Assembly (NCBI GenBank): GCA_963674755.2
Contig: CAXXVS010000002.1
Span: forward strand, 288,001 to 352,000
Length of the DNA stretch: 64,000 bases
Source of the DNA: Desulfobacterales bacterium
GTDB lineage: Bacteria; Desulfobacterota; Desulfobacteria; Desulfobacterales; UBA5852
Direction: 5' to 3'
Shown: positions 61,452 through 64,000 of the stretch, one piece after another
Numbering within the stretch: position 1 is the first letter of the stretch
Layout of the letters: each line of letters starts with the position of its first letter
The notes under the pieces: model-generated
Seen by the model: the letters and a program-made list of their open reading frames with translations, nothing else
The model's database searches: none
Told to the model about the DNA's origin: nothing
Made by a program: the position numbers and the translations under genes

Positions 61452-63287
61452 TCATCGCAGCAGCGGGTCCTGTCCTTTGAGCCGGACAGCGAAGTCGTCG
61501 AAATAGACAGTGGACGCATCCGCCGGTCCCAAGCCCATGGCGTGCAGGCCCAACTCGGACGGCCAGTCGTTGGCATCGGCAGGGTACCCTTCGGTCGTGA
61601 AGGCATCGGTCAGGATAACGGCTTCCGATTCCCATTCGGCCGCCCGTCCGGTTTTTTCGATCCGGAATCCCATGACCGGGGAGGGGGAACTGGTTACGAA
61701 GGTCCAGTCAATTTGGAAAACGCTGCCGCCCAACAGACTGAAATTGTCGTTCGTGGCGCGGAAGTCGGTGCGGTCAAAGACCGGCCAGTTGATAAACGAG
61801 CTCAAGGGGGCCAGACGCGGATTCGGCCCCCGTCGGTTGTCCAGCATGAAGTCCGGCGCAGCGCCGCTGCGGCTGCCCCCGCCGTTGCAAAGGTAAGGCG
61901 TTGCAACGAAGACCTTGATGGCATTGACCCGTTCGCCGGCGCTGAAGGCGCCACCGGCTTCGGACGGGCGCGCGGCCCGCTCGTCCAGGCGTACCAGGAG
62001 GGTCAACCAAGGTTGAAAATATTCCGTATTGCCCTGCAGCAGGCAATAGTCGAGGGGCAGTTCGGCGTAGGCCAGGACTTCCCGTTCCTCCGGCCACAGG
62101 GTCAGGGTCGGACCGGAAGGGGGAATCCGATATTGCCACAAGGAGGTTATCAGACCGTCGCCGTTTGTGTCCCGCTGGGTCCAGAGGATGATATAGGGGG
62201 TGACGGCGTCCTCCACCGGAACCAGCTGATCCGGCAGAGTGGTGCCGTGCCGCCCCCGGACAATCGACACCCCCAGCAGATTGCCGCCATTGGCCGGGGT
62301 GTCATCCAGACGGAGAGAAAGCCCGCTCAGGTAGTCGGTGGCGTTGGGGATGACCGCCGTCTTCACCTGGAGGTCGTAACTCAGACTGTGCAGGTCGTGG
62401 GGGATTCCGTCGTACACGGTAGCGTTCCAGTAGTCGAAAAAGGGGATCGCACTCCCCCCGTTGGCGGTCCGCCAGTCGAAAGCCCCGAAGACGCGGGGCT
62501 GGGACAATTCGAGGGGCAGTGTCACGGTGTCGTCGGTCACGCCGGCGCCGATCAGGATAGTCCGGGCATCCTCCAGGGCGACTACCACCGCAGACCAGTA
62601 GCGGACATAAAAATCGTTTCTGAACCATTCCAACGAGAAGGGATCGGCATCGTTGCGCCGGCTTGTATAATCATCGCGGATGGCGGCGGCATCGTCGATG
62701 GCGGTTTGAAGGGAAACCGCACGGCCGTCCCCGGGCAATGATAAGGATTCGCCCACCGTACCCAGGGCGGCGTTGCCGTCGACCGTGGCGGTTGCAAGAC
62801 TTCCGGGGGAGAGGACGTCGGGACGCCAGTTGCCCGTATCCTCCATGGTATCGACCCAGTCCGGAGTTCCACCAGACCCGCGTGCCACCAGCCTGTAGCG
62901 GGTTTCGCCGAATGGTCCGGAGACGATGCCGGTGGAGGTCAAACGCTCCGGGAGGCCTTCCACGTCCAGTACGAAGCGATCGCCGTTGGCGAGACGATAG
63001 GTTTGCGGCAAATCCGGCTTGACCGCCTGGGCGTCGTAATAGGTTAGCCCGGAATAGGCCAGATAGTAGGCCTTCTGCTGACTGGCGGCGGTGAGGAAGC
63101 CATGGCTGGAGGAGGCGGTCATGTAGACCATGGCCGCACCGAGAACGGCCATGACGGTCAGGGTCAGGATCAGGCTGATCAGCAGCGCGCCGCGGTTGTT
63201 GTCGAGCCGGGACAGGCGACAACCCGGCGGATTGCCGATCCGGCTTTTCCAAGGAGACATCACGGTATCGAGGTGGTGGTCAGTCAT
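61452..63287 (-). CDS. Large PilX-like minor pilin / adhesin-like protein
   Basis: RGALLISLILTLTVMAVLGAAM...QKAYYLAYSG PilX-type N-terminus; start overlaps the upstream stop. Confidence 0.75.
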   Translation of the reverse strand: MTDHHLDTVMSPWKSRIGNPPGCRLSRLDNNRGALLISLILTLTVMAVLGAAMVYMTASSSHGFLTAASQQKAYYLAYSGLTYYDAQAVKPDLPQTYRLANGDRFVLDVEGLPERLTSTGIVSGPFGETRYRLVARGSGGTPDWVDTMEDTGNWRPDVLSPGSLATATVDGNAALGTVGESLSLPGDGRAVSLQTAIDDAAAIRDDYTSRRNDADPFSLEWFRNDFYVRYWSAVVVALEDARTILIGAGVTDDTVTLPLELSQPRVFGAFDWRTANGGSAIPFFDYWNATVYDGIPHDLHSLSYDLQVKTAVIPNATDYLSGLSLRLDDTPANGGNLLGVSIVRGRHGTTLPDQLVPVEDAVTPYIILWTQRDTNGDGLITSLWQYRIPPSGPTLTLWPEEREVLAYAELPLDYCLLQGNTEYFQPWLTLLVRLDERAARPSEAGGAFSAGERVNAIKVFVATPYLCNGGGSRSGAAPDFMLDNRRGPNPRLAPLSSFINWPVFDRTDFRATNDNFSLLGGSVFQIDWTFVTSSPSPVMGFRIEKTGRAAEWESEAVILTDAFTTEGYPADANDWPSELGLHAMGLGPADASTVYFDDFAVRLKGQDPLLR

Positions 63288-63882
63288 GCTTCCCCAGGAA
63301 AATCGTGGAGGACAATTGATCATACTGGGTCCCCTGGACCTGCAGATGCACGCGCAACGCCGCCTGACGAGCCGGGTCGGCGAAGGCCGCCGCCCATTCC
63401 GGTGTGCGTGAGGCTGCCACAACCAGATGGCCGCCGGTGTCATAATAAAGGTAGTCGATCGCAAAGGCGGTGACCTCGTCCACGAGGGGTTCCGTCTGGA
63501 TACCCCCGGCGCAGTCATGGCAGCTCAGCAGGAGATCGTCCCCGGCAGTGCCATTCCAGGAAATCGAAAAAGAGCGGATGGTGTCAAAGGCCTCATCGGC
63601 ATGAAAGCTGTCGAAGCGGATGGAGAGGCCACTGCCCGCCGACACATCCGTGATATTGTTGAATTCCTTTTCCATGCGCGCCATGGCCAGCTGGGTTTTC
63701 TGTGCCATTTCGGCCGCGGTGCGCGACAAGGCGAACCCCTCCGTGATCTGGACCAGGCCGATGCCGGCAATGGCCGCCAGAATCGCCACAATGGCCAGGC
63801 TGGCGATCATTTCGATCAGGGTAAAACCGTCCTGCCGTCCCTGGGGCCGGGAGTACGCATCGGCCTGCTTAAAAGGTCTCAT
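63280..63882 (-). CDS. Prepilin-type minor pilin / pseudopilin (PilW/GspJ-like)
   Basis: GFTLIEMIASLAIVAIL N-methylation motif. Confidence 0.9.
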   Translation of the reverse strand: MRPFKQADAYSRPQGRQDGFTLIEMIASLAIVAILAAIAGIGLVQITEGFALSRTAAEMAQKTQLAMARMEKEFNNITDVSAGSGLSIRFDSFHADEAFDTIRSFSISWNGTAGDDLLLSCHDCAGGIQTEPLVDEVTAFAIDYLYYDTGGHLVVAASRTPEWAAAFADPARQAALRVHLQVQGTQYDQLSSTIFLGKHD

Positions 63883-63899
63883 GGTGGCCGTTGCCTCCC

Positions 63900-64000
63900 T
63901 TAGCGTATCAGCAGGAAGGTCAGCGTGTCATCACCCGTCCCGGCGATGATCACTTTGAGGATGTTGTCCGGCGGCGTCCCATAAACGTCTGAGGCTTCGT
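63900..64000 (-). CDS. 3' end of an upstream gene, probably another minor pilin (partial)
   Basis: ...NILKVIIAGTGDDTLTFLLIR* directly upstream of the RBS of the prepilin gene. Confidence 0.5.
   Translation of the reverse strand, partial: EASDVYGTPPDNILKVIIAGTGDDTLTFLLIR

Overview
The window has two parts. Positions 1 to ~21,130 are the right end of a genomic island. It is integrated through a tyrosine integrase at the 3' end of tRNA-Leu(GAG), and its left end lies outside the window. The island carries a replication-like module (P-loop ATPase, a TubC-N/DNA-methyltransferase/DUF1848 triple fusion, a broken CHC2 primase). It also has a ~7.5 kb array of very small genes, nearly all preceded by a terminator-like hairpin and a strong RBS: two paralogous 42-aa membrane peptides, Zn-finger microproteins, very acidic peptides and ArdC. 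AT-richer cargo is interleaved (Shedu/DUF4263, truncated DUF3800, a HEPN-like+LOTUS protein, and two PEP-CTERM proteins with a sigma-54 promoter and a c-di-GMP-I riboswitch). Unannotated DNA structure in the island includes two homologous long imperfect palindromes that contain sigma-54 -24/-12-like elements and fold better on the template strand (candidate ssDNA promoters), and six dispersed triple 9-bp iteron-like motifs. Positions ~21,130-64,000 are GC-rich core genome typical of a sulfate-reducing Desulfobacterota (deltaproteobacterium): secG-tpiA-gap, the rpoN/lpt/PTS-Ntr operon, recA-alaS, dapB, a MurU-AmgK fusion, plsB, namZ, a 2-oxoacid:ferredoxin oxidoreductase, hisC-cmk-rpsA-sppA, guaB-dnaE, and a type IV pilus cluster with a frameshifted PilT paralogue. 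This part also holds one MITE and a MamI-like membrane protein. All family calls come from motif recognition by eye; no searches were run.
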